Assembly (NCBI GenBank): GCA_964504195.1
Contig: CAZDDI010000012.1
Span: 13,284-77,283, forward strand
Direction: 5' to 3'
DNA from: an uncultured Anaerolineales bacterium
GTDB taxonomy: Bacteria > Chloroflexota > Anaerolineae > B4-G1 > SLSP01
DNA length: 64,000 nucleotides
Part shown: in pieces, positions 1 through 11,609 of the stretch
Layout: every line of letters begins with the position of its first letter
How positions within the stretch are numbered: position 1 is the first letter of the stretch
Made by a program: the position numbers and the translations under genes
Notes under the pieces: model-generated
What the model saw: the letters and a program-made list of their open reading frames with translations, nothing else
The model's database searches: none
What the model was told of the DNA's origin: nothing

Positions 1-1149
1 CTGCGATTCGGCGATGAAATTACCCTGCGGTGCGCCAAAGCCGCGGAACGCTCCGCCGGGGATATTGTTGGTGTACGCGGCAATGACATCAGTTTTGACG
101 TTGGGGATTTTGTACGCGCCGTTGCAGGTGAGCAGCAGGTTTCCCATCACCTTGTTGGTGGTGTAGACGTAAGCCCCGGCGTCGGCGATAACCTCGATTT
201 CCGCCGCCAGTAGGTCGCCCTCTCGCGTGGCCGCCCAGCGCGCGCGCGCGAACACGCGATGCCGCTTGTGATGCCCCTTGATAGATTCCTCGCGCGACCA
301 GACGATTTTCACCGCCTTGCCGAGTTTCCACGTTGCCAGTGCCAGCACGATTTGCACCGACATATCCTCGCGCCCGCCGAATGCCCCGCCGATGGCCGGG
401 TAGATGATGCGGATTTGCTCCGCCGGCAGGTTCAGCGCATGCGCCACCTGATGCTGATCCTCGTGCGTCCATTGCCCGGCAACGACTATCGTGATGCGGC
501 CTTCCTCGTCGAGATACGACAGCCCCGCCTCCGGTTGCAGGTAGGCGTGTTCTTGCCCCGGTATCTCGTACTCTGATTCCACGATGACATCCGCCTGTGC
601 GAAAGCCAGTTCCAGGTTACCCTGGCGGATGCGCTGCCACGAGGCGATGTTGCTCTGGAAGACCAGCTCTGGGTGGATGGGCGTGCCGGGATAGGGCGGG
701 TGCAGGCACGGTGCGCTATCCTTGAGCGCCTCGCGCGGATCGCTGATGATAGGCAGGTCTTCGTAGGTCACGATGATTTGATCGCGGGCCTGCGCCGCCG
801 CTGCTTCCGTCTCCGCCACAATTGCCGCCACTTGATCGCCCACAAAGCGCACCACGTCTGTGCCTTCCTTGGGGCCGCCAGGGCCGCACAGCACCGGCTG
901 GTCGGGGTATTGCAGGCCATACTCGTTCACCGGCACATCCGCGGCGGTGAAGATGGCGACCACGCCGGGGACAGTCTCGGCGCGGCTGGTATCAATGCTC
1001 AGTACGCGGGCGTGTGGACGCCCCGCGAACAGGAGCTTCATGTAGAGTTGCCCTGTGATGTTGACATCGCTAGGGTATTGGGCTTCTCCGGTCACTTTAG
1101 CACGCGCATCCAGGCGCAAGGTACTCTGGCCGATGTAGTTTTCTGTCAT
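1..1149 (-). CDS. Xanthine dehydrogenase/CoxL-family molybdopterin-binding subunit (5' part; continues beyond the left window edge)
   Basis: Manual translation from ATG at 1149 (GGAGG upstream) gives MTENYIGQSTLRLDARAKVTGEAQYPSD...RPHARVLSID...VAIFTAADVP, typical of the XdhA/CoxL N-terminus. Not in the ORF track because the stop lies outside the window. Confidence 0.9.
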   Translation of the reverse strand, partial: MTENYIGQSTLRLDARAKVTGEAQYPSDVNITGQLYMKLLFAGRPHARVLSIDTSRAETVPGVVAIFTAADVPVNEYGLQYPDQPVLCGPGGPKEGTDVVRFVGDQVAAIVAETEAAAAQARDQIIVTYEDLPIISDPREALKDSAPCLHPPYPGTPIHPELVFQSNIASWQRIRQGNLELAFAQADVIVESEYEIPGQEHAYLQPEAGLSYLDEEGRITIVVAGQWTHEDQHQVAHALNLPAEQIRIIYPAIGGAFGGREDMSVQIVLALATWKLGKAVKIVWSREESIKGHHKRHRVFARARWAATREGDLLAAEIEVIADAGAYVYTTNKVMGNLLLTCNGAYKIPNVKTDVIAAYTNNIPGGAFRGFGAPQGNFIAESQ

Positions 1150-1161
1150 CTGTGCCTCCGG

Positions 1162-1230
1162 AAAATCTCAAATCGCAAATTACAAATCTTAAATGGCGAA
1201 TGGCGATCCAAAATCTAAAATCGAAAATCT
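1162..1230. repeat. Degenerate heptamer tandem repeat (AAATC(T/G)C / AAAATC type)
   Basis: aaatctc aaatcgc aaattac aaatctt aaatggc gaatggc ... aaaatct aaaatcg aaaatct, between two co-oriented genes. Confidence 0.8.
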
Positions 1231-2934
1231 ACAGCTCCAACGCCAGGATACGCTGTAAGCTGGCGACGGTGGCCGCGTAGGTGGGATCCATCCCGAAGTA
1301 TGAGAGATTCTGTGCGCCCAGGTTCTTCCCCTTGCTGATGGGCGTATCCGAAACGTAGTGCAACAACCCAATCTCGAACGGCGTCCGGTAGAGGTTGACG
1401 AACTCATCTGTGGGGTAGCGGCGCGGGCGGATGAACTCGTACACCGCCGAGAGATACGGGCCAGCCTCCATCTCCACATCCGTATAGCCTGCGTTGAGGA
1501 AATTGCGCATATAGGGCGTATTCTGCAAGAATGTCCCCCGTACCGTAATCGCTCGTTGATTGTCGAGTGCGTCTCCGTAGACCAGATAGCGCGTCACATC
1601 CGCTGCGCTAAAGACGTTGTTCACCAGATAGGTGTTGCCCGAATGCTCATCGTAGACGACGTTGGGGATCAGCACATCCCCGATGCGTCCGCTGAGTGTG
1701 GCCGCCTTGCCGATGACGTATAGCCCGCGCAGCTCGCCCGCGCTCGCCGCTACCCGTGAGAGCAGGTGATAGGCCGCAAAACCCAATGGGTAGTCAATGT
1801 TGAGGATGACCGCCTCGCTCTGCGCCAGCCGCGCGAGCGCCGGGGATTGCAGGCGGGGGTCCATCAGATCGGGGGATAGCCGTTTGAGTTCAATCAGCTG
1901 CGCTTCCAGGTCGAAGGTCTGGCTGCTGGGGATGCGCGTGATGCCCAGGCGGGCTTCCACCTCATCGCGTTGGGCGCGCAGGGCGCGGCCTGCCGGTGTG
2001 CTCATGTACTTCTTGAGCAGGTAGTAGAGGAAGTTGGCCCAACTGCTCGGTATTGCGCCCTGTTGGATGCGGGCGGCCTCCTCTTGGAGTGGCTGGTCAT
2101 CCAGCTGCGCCAGATAATCCAGCAGCGTGGCTTCATGTTGCAGCGCGAACCCGCTGAGCATGTTCACCAGACTGTGTGTATTGCTGGACACGAAGTACAC
2201 AGGCCGGTTGGAAAGATCAAACGGCGCAGAGCGGGTGACGTGCTGCCACCATTGCTGCGTCGCGCGGCGATAATCCACATAGGACCCGGCCAGCAGCCGA
2301 ATGGCAATGCGTTTGCGCTGGCGCGCGATAGCGTCGAGCAGCGTCGGCAAATCATCCGTCCACACTCGCTCCAGTCGCTCGAAGTTGGCGGATGAGAGGC
2401 GCAACGCTTTGCACAAATCGCGCCGCAGGTCGGGGTCAGCTTTGCTCGTAGTTGCCCAGTCCGTGATGCGTTCCGCCAGTCCCTCGCACATCCCGATCAA
2501 CGTGTGCATTTTATTCCACTCAATCTGGAAAGCGACAAGAATGGGTGCTAGGTCATCTACATCTGAGATGCTGGCGATATAGGCGGCCAGCGTTTCGTTG
2601 CCGTCGTAGAGCATCCGGCGACGACGCCCCGGCGCGCTGACCGGCTGCCAGGTCTCCACGCTCTCGAAGCCGCGCCGCCGGAACACTTCCTCGGTTTGGC
2701 CCAGTACCACCAGCCGCACGCCGCGGATACAGAAGGGCAGGCGCAGGCTGCTGTAGATGAACGCCGACATATCGGGTTTGATTTTGGCAGCTTTGGGGTG
2801 CAGCACGGAGTTGACCGCGATGTGGTTTTCTTCGAGCGTGCGAATCTGCACCTCTTCGGTGGTGCGCAGCAGCGTGTAATAGCTGCGCATGTAGAGGTTG
2901 ATTTCGTCGGCGCCGGCTTGCGGGAGCGTGCGTT

Positions 2935-2938
<4 letters not shown>
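1229..2938 (-). CDS. DUF6909-like protein with a C-terminal nucleoside phosphorylase/nucleosidase-like region
   Basis: Likely start MKRTLPQ at 2938 overlaps the upstream stop (ATGA). C-terminal motifs VIGKAATL..IGDVLIP, DVEMEAG, HYVSDTP. Confidence 0.7.
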
Positions 2939-4368
<1,430 letters not shown>

Positions 4369-4428
4369 GGTTTGCTCCTGAGTAGGGTTGAGTGTGCTGG
4401 AAATGGCAACGGTCTGGCGAGTTCTGGG

Positions 4429-4674
4429 TTAGAGCGTTGCTGCTACCTTATGTGTGTAATCAAAAATTGGGATTTCGATCCGCGTGACTGGTTCGAACCG
4501 CTGTTTGGCAAAGTTCATAATCTCATCCGTGTTTTCTGGCGAGTAGGTTTTCTCCCCGCAGACTGTGCATACTTTCGCTGGGACGTCTTTGATGACAAGC
4601 AATTGTTCACCGTGCTCGTAAATGAAAGTCACTTTTTTTGAGATGATTTTACCACCGCAGAAGACGTAACACAT
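4429..4674 (-). CDS. YgiT/MqsA-type zinc-finger protein (orphan antitoxin-like)
   Basis: 81 aa; ..FCGG..IKDVPAKVCTVCGE.. pattern. Confidence 0.75.
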   Translation of the reverse strand: MCYVFCGGKIISKKVTFIYEHGEQLLVIKDVPAKVCTVCGEKTYSPENTDEIMNFAKQRFEPVTRIEIPIFDYTHKVAATL

Positions 4675-4696
4675 ATTTGTACCAACTATAATTTAA

Positions 4697-6826
4697 TTAT
4701 TTGGGCTGCATCTCTTCAATTTTATGGCGCAGTCGGTCGGCTAACCAGTCTGCCCCTGTCCCGCCACTGGTAATGTAAAGTAATTGTCTTGCTCGAGTCA
4801 TTCCAACGTATAAAAGTTTGCGTTGTTGATCTATTAATTGTTGAGAATCTTCTCCTTGAGCGTCTATTTGTTCGTTTACATGGAATTCTTCTAGGCCGCT
4901 GATAAATACAATTTCGAATTCGAGTCCTTTGATGCTATGAAATGTACAGATTTTGACGGTTGGTTCAGTAATATCCAAGTCACCCTTGATTACTTTACAG
5001 GGTATGCCGTGCTTTTTGAGCTCCTGAGCAACTTTTTCTTGTCCAGCCCAATGCCGTCGAAGTATGGCTATGTCCTTTGGTAGATAGCCTTGTTGGAGTA
5101 AAGATAAAATTTCCCCAGCTATACTGTTACATTCTTGTTCAAGCGATTCAAAAGAGAATAACATGGGTATTGGGCCATGCCGGAATTCAGCATAATCCTT
5201 GTCCGGTTCTACCATGCTATCCCCAGCATCTTCTAATTCTGTGACTAATGTTTTGCTATCTCGGATGACTTCTAATGCTACTTCAATTATCTCTCGAGTG
5301 CTGCGATAGGAATGCCTAAGTATGTAACTATTCTGAGCTGTAATACCTAGCCCTAGTTCTTTCCATGTAAAGTCACGCCGGTATATTTTCTGCGCACCAT
5401 CACCTACGATAAAAACAAAATTCGTTTCTGGTTTCACCATCTTGAAAGCTGTTCTGAACCAGGTCGGTGCAAAATCTTGCGCTTCATCAATTAGCAGGGC
5501 GTGGTATTGTTTGTCTTCAATGATACCTTCCTCTATGGCTTGTAAAACCATTACCGGAATATCAGCCCAGTCACACATTTTGTTATGTGCCATACGCTCT
5601 TGATACTTGCAGAATATACTGTAAATGAGTAAACGTTTTTGTTGTTCGTCACGTCCTAATCCTCTTTCTCTTCCTACACGCTTAATCTTTTGTGGATCAG
5701 GATAGTCACTCCATTGACGATAGTCTATGCGCTCTTTGATCCAGTTAAATTCATCTACCAAGAACTGAGGGTCAAATTCAGTCACATTTACTTCTCTCAG
5801 AATGTTGTTAATAAGACCTATTTGACTGTTTTCGTTTTGTGGACTTCTGAATAACCCGTGACGCGTCAAAATATCTCGGCACCATTTGTGGAAATTAACT
5901 ATTTCTATGTTTCTATTGTTATTGTCATCAATTTGTCTGTATATTTGGCGCAAATATTGACTTAATGATTTGTTGTAAGTTAAAACTAAAATTTTCCAAT
6001 CAGGATTTTGTTCGCAAATAAAGCGCGCGCGAAAAAGCAATATAAGAGTTTTTCCACTTCCTACAACACCTCTTACAAGCTTTGCTTGTGGTTTTCGAGA
6101 CATTTCTTGAGCTTGTGGGGGAAGAAATGTGTCTATTCGAGCTATACCTACCTGATCAGGGGAAAGTGTATGTAATCGTCCTTGCGACCAAGGAACGCGG
6201 GTTTGAGGGTAAAGCATCCATTTCAGCGTATCCAATTGGAGGTGTGTCAAATTGGTATGAAACAGACATGTCTTACGGAAGCGTTCTACAATCTCATTAT
6301 TCAAGTCATCTTTTAGTATGATAAACTCTTCGTTGCACATCTTGTGCAATTCAAGATCAGAAGATAGCCAATCTTTACGGGTAATATTTGGAAATACAAC
6401 AAGAGCGGAAATTGAGAATGCAAGTTTACCTTTATGTTTTCCTTCTTTTCGAAGGAGCTTGTTGTAATTTTCTGGATCAGTATGCCGATAACGGTCAAGT
6501 TCATCTTTCAATGCGCGGCTTTGGTATTCGGCTTGTTGTTCTGGATTTGTTCTTGTTGCTAAACTGCTTCCCATGAAAATCTCAAACTTATCACGGTTAG
6601 CTGCATGAATCTTATCAATACTCCAATCTTTGACTTCTACAATCACCAGACCAATATCACTTCCTAGTGCTACAAAATCTGGACGCGCACTTTTTTTATT
6701 ACCAAATAAAGTGGGTTCGTACCAAACATAATATTCATGTGGTAAATGATGGTAGAGTGCATTGAATACAACGCGTTCACCAGCATTAGCGTTGTCAGGA
6801 ACGTGAGGGTAGTTCATTTGCGCCAT
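4697..6826 (-). CDS. NERD nuclease domain fused to UvrD-like SF1 helicase
   Basis: N-terminal GE..VF, PDFV, IVEVKDW; Walker A GVVGSGKT; DEAQD; TFHSIKGLEF; LYVGMTRA; AT-rich. Confidence 0.88.
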   Translation of the reverse strand: MAQMNYPHVPDNANAGERVVFNALYHHLPHEYYVWYEPTLFGNKKSARPDFVALGSDIGLVIVEVKDWSIDKIHAANRDKFEIFMGSSLATRTNPEQQAEYQSRALKDELDRYRHTDPENYNKLLRKEGKHKGKLAFSISALVVFPNITRKDWLSSDLELHKMCNEEFIILKDDLNNEIVERFRKTCLFHTNLTHLQLDTLKWMLYPQTRVPWSQGRLHTLSPDQVGIARIDTFLPPQAQEMSRKPQAKLVRGVVGSGKTLILLFRARFICEQNPDWKILVLTYNKSLSQYLRQIYRQIDDNNNRNIEIVNFHKWCRDILTRHGLFRSPQNENSQIGLINNILREVNVTEFDPQFLVDEFNWIKERIDYRQWSDYPDPQKIKRVGRERGLGRDEQQKRLLIYSIFCKYQERMAHNKMCDWADIPVMVLQAIEEGIIEDKQYHALLIDEAQDFAPTWFRTAFKMVKPETNFVFIVGDGAQKIYRRDFTWKELGLGITAQNSYILRHSYRSTREIIEVALEVIRDSKTLVTELEDAGDSMVEPDKDYAEFRHGPIPMLFSFESLEQECNSIAGEILSLLQQGYLPKDIAILRRHWAGQEKVAQELKKHGIPCKVIKGDLDITEPTVKICTFHSIKGLEFEIVFISGLEEFHVNEQIDAQGEDSQQLIDQQRKLLYVGMTRARQLLYITSGGTGADWLADRLRHKIEEMQPK

Positions 6827-6862
6827 GATGTTTTCTTCTTTTTTTACCCTTAATTTGTGCGC

Positions 6863-6977
6863 TTACAACTTCAAAACCAAGTGTAAACCAGTCCCTATTT
6901 GCTCTATCAAATTCTCTGGCGACTTACCAATGCGTTCTATCAAGAAGCGTTTATCCACTGTGAGCACTTGTGATACG
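6863..6977 (-). pseudogene. 3' remnant of a PemK/MazF endoribonuclease toxin
   Basis: Manual minus-strand translation TVSQVLTVDKRFLIERIGKSPENLIEQIGTGLHLVLKL* resembles the MazF C-terminus; no start codon or N-terminal half. Confidence 0.7.
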
Positions 6978-7005
6978 GTGTATGGTGATAATAGATTGCA
7001 AAGAT

Positions 7006-7350
7006 CTATTCTTCCAACTCAGCCAGTACTTTTTCCAATGCGATTTTCAGTGATGGTAAATCCTCTGTTGCAGTGAGCCATATTTGTTCAATGTCCACGC
7101 CAAAGTAATCGTGAATTAGCTTATCGCGCATCCCTGCAATATCTTGCCACGGCAGATAGCTATGTGCAGCTCGCAGCTCTTGTGAAAGCCGCTTGGTGGC
7201 TTCGCCCATGATTTCTATTTGTCGAATCACGCCATCTTGGAGCAAGGAATCTTGAATGAAAGCCATTTCGTCTTTGCCGTGTAGATACGCTGTTGCTTTT
7301 GCAACAGCATCAAGAATGTGTCGGAGATAAACCGAGTCGTCACGCTTCAT
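7006..7350 (-). CDS. HepT/DUF86 HEPN ribonuclease toxin
   Basis: IGEA-like motif (MGEA) and [16 protein letters not shown] (R-x4-H-x-Y). Confidence 0.9.
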   Translation of the reverse strand: MKRDDSVYLRHILDAVAKATAYLHGKDEMAFIQDSLLQDGVIRQIEIMGEATKRLSQELRAAHSYLPWQDIAGMRDKLIHDYFGVDIEQIWLTATEDLPSLKIALEKVLAELEE

Positions 7351-7639
7351 AGATCACCTGCAAATCGCGCGCAATGCCCTCTCGCAGGTAGGGGCTAATA
7401 GCAGCTTCGGTGAGCAAATCCACTTTTCTTCCTAAAGCCTCTGAGAGTTGCCTCTCTAAGGCTACCATCTTTAACAAGCTAATGCGCTTGGAAAATCTGA
7501 CCACAAGATCAATGTCGCTATGTGCATCAGCTTCCCCTCGCGCCACAGAACCAAAGACGCCAATTTGACTCACATGGTTTTGGCGACATAGAGCAATCAG
7601 CGCATTTACATCAAAGGGTAATTTGCTCATCATGTCCAT
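7340..7639 (-). CDS. MntA-type minimal nucleotidyltransferase antitoxin
   Basis: VFGSVARGE...SDIDL...GRKVDL; overlaps the HEPN gene. Confidence 0.9.
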   Translation of the reverse strand: MDMMSKLPFDVNALIALCRQNHVSQIGVFGSVARGEADAHSDIDLVVRFSKRISLLKMVALERQLSEALGRKVDLLTEAAISPYLREGIARDLQVIYEA

Positions 7640-7670
7640 TGCTTGTCCTTAGCCATCACCTTCATAAAGT

Positions 7671-8603
7671 CTATTCTGTAACTTTTGCAAAAAGGGTCAA
7701 CTGATTTACTGGTTCTGGTTCAGGTTGCCCATACAAAGCTGCGACAGATTCTTCAAACCGTTTGAACGCATTCTCGTGACGGTGCAGGAACCAGCGTTTA
7801 TGGTTTTCCAGGTATTTGGCTCGAATGTCTGGCTGTCTCAAATCCAACGGGACTCTTTCCACACGCGGGTCAACACTATCGAATCCTGCAAACGGCACCG
7901 ATAACCGCTTGTGGGTGATGGCTACATAATCAGGATTGATCTCTATGCCAATGGCCTTGCGAGCAAGCTGCTGGCAGACGCGCAAAGTCGTACCGCTGCC
8001 GGAAAAAGGATCGAGCACCCAATCTCCTGCATCCGAAGAAGCCAGCACCATTCGCTCAATCAGACCTTCCGGTTTTTGGGTTGGATGATCCTGGCGATTG
8101 CCGTTGCAATAATGCACGTGGGAAAATTCCCAGACATCGCCTGGGTTTGCGCCACGCATATTGTTGCGTTCCCGGTAGTATTTTTGCGGCACGCGCACTG
8201 CATCCAGATTGAACTTGGCGGTTTGCGATTTGGTAAACATCAGAATATCCTCATGGCGAGGAGAGAATCCGCGCGTCTTGCCCATGCCCTGCGTATAGTG
8301 CCAGACTATCCAACTGTTGAAAAACATTTGTAACTCACGGTCGAGAATGTCGTAAAGGTACGAGATAAAGCGAAAGCCCATAAACACATAGAGTGTGCCG
8401 TATGGCTTCAAGAGCCTGTGCGCTTCGCTCAACCATGCCCGCGAAAAGGCAAGGTATTCATCGAAGCCTTTGATATCATGATTGTTTCCATAATCCTTGC
8501 CCAGATTGTAGGGTGGGTCGGCCACGATAAGATCTATAGAGCCGCTTTCAAGTGCTTTCATTTCTTGAAGAGCGTCTCCTGTGATGATTTGAATGTCACT
8601 CAT
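7671..8603 (-). CDS. Site-specific DNA amino-methyltransferase, beta class (orphan)
   Basis: DPPY precedes HPTQKP and DPFSGSGTT. Confidence 0.9.
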   Translation of the reverse strand: MSDIQIITGDALQEMKALESGSIDLIVADPPYNLGKDYGNNHDIKGFDEYLAFSRAWLSEAHRLLKPYGTLYVFMGFRFISYLYDILDRELQMFFNSWIVWHYTQGMGKTRGFSPRHEDILMFTKSQTAKFNLDAVRVPQKYYRERNNMRGANPGDVWEFSHVHYCNGNRQDHPTQKPEGLIERMVLASSDAGDWVLDPFSGSGTTLRVCQQLARKAIGIEINPDYVAITHKRLSVPFAGFDSVDPRVERVPLDLRQPDIRAKYLENHKRWFLHRHENAFKRFEESVAALYGQPEPEPVNQLTLFAKVTE

Positions 8604-8708
8604 CAGAGGTTTTCATATTGCATGGATAACTTCCCTATTGGTCTGTGTTTTGCTTAACCGCTTCATTTCCTTACCTCTAGTATACTCATTTTTGGCAGGC
8701 TTGCCAAT

Positions 8709-9473
8709 TCAGCGCACCAGCCATAGCATCAACCCGCCGCCGAGCGTGCATAGCACGAGCACGATCCAATCGCTGCGGCGCATGGCTAGCTCCCGCCAGG
8801 TGGTGCGCGGTGTGGCGCTATCCAGCCCGCGCGCGGCCAGCGCCAGCGTGAGCTGATCGCTCATGCGCAGCGTGCCGATGACGACGGCGACGAGCACGGG
8901 CAGGTAATCGCGCAGGCGGCGGATGAACGATCCGCTGGGCATCCACCCGCGCGCGGCCTGCGCCGCCCGCACGCTGCTGAAGAGATGGCTCAGCGCGGGG
9001 ATGAAGCGCAGCGTGAGACTGATGGTCAACCCCCAGGTGTAGGGCGCGCCCAGCCGCACGAACGCGCGCACCAGCGCGTGCTGCTCGGTGGTGAAGAGCA
9101 ATGCGCCGGTTACAAAGGTCATCGTTAGCGCCCGCAGCGCGAAGAGCAGGCCGGAGAGCAGCCCGCCGACGGTGAGCCGCAGCGGGCCGAGCGTCAGCAG
9201 CTCCGTCCCGCCCGGTGCAAAGAAGGGCTGGAGCAGCAGAATGAACAGCAACAGCACGCGCAACTGTCGCCAGAGCCACGCCAGGCGCGCGCTAGGAACG
9301 CCTGCGCCCCACAACAGCAGGTGCAGCGTCAACAAAAACCCGGCCTGGAACAAGGGGCGGGGGATGAGCAGTGCCAGCAGCACGCCCCAGAGCGCGCCCC
9401 ACAGCTTCACACGCGGATCGAGCCGGTGCAGCCACGAGCGGCCCGGCGCGTACAAATCCATCACCAGACTCAT
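8709..9473 (-). CDS. ecfT: ECF transporter transmembrane T component
   Basis: LHRLDPRVK, LRFIP, AQAARG, AARG motifs. Confidence 0.9.
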   Translation of the reverse strand: MSLVMDLYAPGRSWLHRLDPRVKLWGALWGVLLALLIPRPLFQAGFLLTLHLLLWGAGVPSARLAWLWRQLRVLLLFILLLQPFFAPGGTELLTLGPLRLTVGGLLSGLLFALRALTMTFVTGALLFTTEQHALVRAFVRLGAPYTWGLTISLTLRFIPALSHLFSSVRAAQAARGWMPSGSFIRRLRDYLPVLVAVVIGTLRMSDQLTLALAARGLDSATPRTTWRELAMRRSDWIVLVLCTLGGGLMLWLVR

Positions 9474-10960
9474 GCCAGCAGCTCCCCCGCCAATTGCCCC
9501 AACACCGTTGCTGCTGGCCTGTTGGCGAGGATCCGCCCGGCGCGCAGCGCGATAATCTCATCGCACCACGCGGCCAGCTCGCTTTCGTGGGTGATGAGGA
9601 TGATCGTCGTCCCGGCGGCCCGGCGTTCGGCCAGCCAATCGAGTAGTTGCGCCCAGCCGCGCCCGTCCAGGCCGACGGTGGGTTCATCCAGCACGAGGAT
9701 GGGCGTTTCCAGCGCGGCGAGCGCGGCCAGCGTCACCGCGCGGCGCGCACCGTAGCTGAGGATGGCCGGGGGCAGGGTCGCGCTTGCGCTCAGGTCGAAC
9801 CGGGCCAGCGCACGTTCTACGCGCGCGTCGGCATCGGGCAGGCGCAGGCAGCGCGGGCCGTAGGCTACCTCATCACGCACGGTGACGCCGAAAATCTGCT
9901 GTTCCGGGCGTTGGAAGAGGAAGCCCACCTGCCGGGCAAGCTCCCCCGGCGCTGTGCGGGCCGCATCGTGCCCCAGAATCGTCACTGTGCCGGAGATGGG
10001 GCGGAGCAGGCCGTTGAAGTGCCGCGCCAGCGTGCTTTTGCCCGCGCCGTTGACGCCGACCAGTGCCACGCAGCGCCCGCGCGGGATGGCGAGGTCAATG
10101 CCTTGCAGCACGGCGCGGCCATCGCCATAAGTGAAGCTGAGGTTGCGCGTGACGATAGCGGGTTCGTTCCCGGCGGGGTGGGGCGATGGAGGGACTTTCG
10201 GCCATCTGGTGCGGGGCAAGAGTATCCCGGCTTCTTCCAGGCGGGGTTCGGCGGCGAGCAAGTGCGCAGGGGGCTGCGGCGGGGTGAGCGTCCCGCTGAC
10301 GAGCAGCGATGCGCTATCGGCGAGCTGGGCGGTCTGTGGGCGGAGCGTGGTCAGCAGCAGCGTCGCGCCATCGTCGCGGAGCGCGGCGAGCGCAGTGAGC
10401 ACCTCGCGGCGGCCTACCGGATCGAGTCCGCCCAGCGGCTCATCGAGCGCCCACACGCGGGGGCGCATGGCCCAGACCGCCGCCAGCGCAAGCCGTTTCT
10501 GCTCGCCGCCGGAGAGCGTCCACGGCGCGCGCCCGGTGAGCGGCAGCAGCCCGAACTGCCGCAACGCCATGTTGACGCGCGGCCCAATGTCACCCGACGG
10601 CACGCCGAGTGTCTCCAGCCCCCAGGCGACTTCATCTTCAACCGTGGCGTTGAAGAGCTGGGTGGCAGCATCTTGGAACAACAAGCCGACAGCCCCGGCG
10701 GGCAGCGGCGCGGCGAAGGGGTCATGCCCGGCGATGCGCAGACTGCCGTTGCTCTGTCCGCCAGTGTAGCGTGGCGCTAACCCGGCCAGTAAGTAGCAGA
10801 GCGTGCTCTTGCCGCTGCCGCTGGCCCCCATCACCGCGTAAGCCTCGCCCGCTCCCACGCGCAACTCAAGCGCCTCAAAAAGCGGCGTTGCAGCAATCTC
10901 AGGCGTCAGCGGCGGGTAGGTAAAGCCTATCCCTTGCGCGGCAATGACCGGTTCAGGCAT
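9470..10960 (-). CDS. ECF transporter fused double ATPase
   Basis: Two ABC domains (GASGSGKS/LSGGE/LDEP; GVNGAGKS/LSYG/LDEPT); start at MPEPV inferred. Confidence 0.88.
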   Translation of the reverse strand: MPEPVIAAQGIGFTYPPLTPEIAATPLFEALELRVGAGEAYAVMGASGSGKSTLCYLLAGLAPRYTGGQSNGSLRIAGHDPFAAPLPAGAVGLLFQDAATQLFNATVEDEVAWGLETLGVPSGDIGPRVNMALRQFGLLPLTGRAPWTLSGGEQKRLALAAVWAMRPRVWALDEPLGGLDPVGRREVLTALAALRDDGATLLLTTLRPQTAQLADSASLLVSGTLTPPQPPAHLLAAEPRLEEAGILLPRTRWPKVPPSPHPAGNEPAIVTRNLSFTYGDGRAVLQGIDLAIPRGRCVALVGVNGAGKSTLARHFNGLLRPISGTVTILGHDAARTAPGELARQVGFLFQRPEQQIFGVTVRDEVAYGPRCLRLPDADARVERALARFDLSASATLPPAILSYGARRAVTLAALAALETPILVLDEPTVGLDGRGWAQLLDWLAERRAAGTTIILITHESELAAWCDEIIALRAGRILANRPAATVLGQLAGELLA

Positions 10961-11000
10961 ACAAGCCACAAGAGATTTCACCGCAGAGGGCAAAATCTTC

Positions 11001-11050
11001 TTTACGCATTACGTTTTACGCAGTACGGGCAATATGCGGACAAGGTTTTC
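11001..11050. repeat. TTACGCA-type repeat, dispersed (second copy at 44410-44460)
   Basis: ttacgcattacgttttacgcagtacg(g/a)gca(a/c)tatgcgg is shared by both sites. Confidence 0.8.
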
Positions 11051-11090
11051 ATGGTGTGCCCGCTCATGCGCGGCTGCGCCAGGCCATGCT

Positions 11091-11609
11091 TTACGCCGCG
11101 TTTCGGGTGTATTGGACGAGCGGCGGGTAGGCGCGTTTGACGGCCAGGTAGAGCGGAATCCCCAGCAGCCCGCCGCTAAATCCCTGGATGAGGTTGGGCA
11201 CGATTTCCGCTATCGCGTTGCCCATCCCCACCAGCAGGATTCCCGCCAGGAAGTACCCTCCGGCGACGATGAGCATACTGGCGATGACGGTCAGCGTCAA
11301 CTGGAGCGCGCCGCGCTGTTTGCGCACCAGCATGCCGATGGCCCAGCCTTGCAGCCCGTGAACCAGCAGCGAGAACAGTGCCCATTGCGCGTAACCGCTG
11401 GTGACATCGGCCAGGGCCGTGCCCAGCCCGCCGGCCACTGCGCCCACCCACGGCCCGAAGGCCAGCGCGGCGAAGAAGACGCCGGCATCGCCCAGATGGA
11501 TGTAGCCGCGCGCCGGGGTAGCGATCTGCACTGCGCGCGTCAGCACCAGAATCAGCGCCGCCATGAGCGCCGTCAGCGTCATCCGTCGAATGTTCAAGCC
11601 TTGAGACAT
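11091..11609 (-). CDS. ECF S component, HmpT/PdxU2-like (possible vitamin B6 or HMP uptake)
   Basis: GYIHLGD...FGP..GA.AGGLG.ALAD...GY..WA; hydrophobic 172 aa; RBS AAGGAG. Confidence 0.8.
   Translation of the reverse strand: MSQGLNIRRMTLTALMAALILVLTRAVQIATPARGYIHLGDAGVFFAALAFGPWVGAVAGGLGTALADVTSGYAQWALFSLLVHGLQGWAIGMLVRKQRGALQLTLTVIASMLIVAGGYFLAGILLVGMGNAIAEIVPNLIQGFSGGLLGIPLYLAVKRAYPPLVQYTRNAA

Noticed and set aside
8600-8660. Possible 3' remnant of a restriction endonuclease before the orphan MTase (..HRPIGKLSMQYENL*)
   Set aside because: Too short to assign by eye
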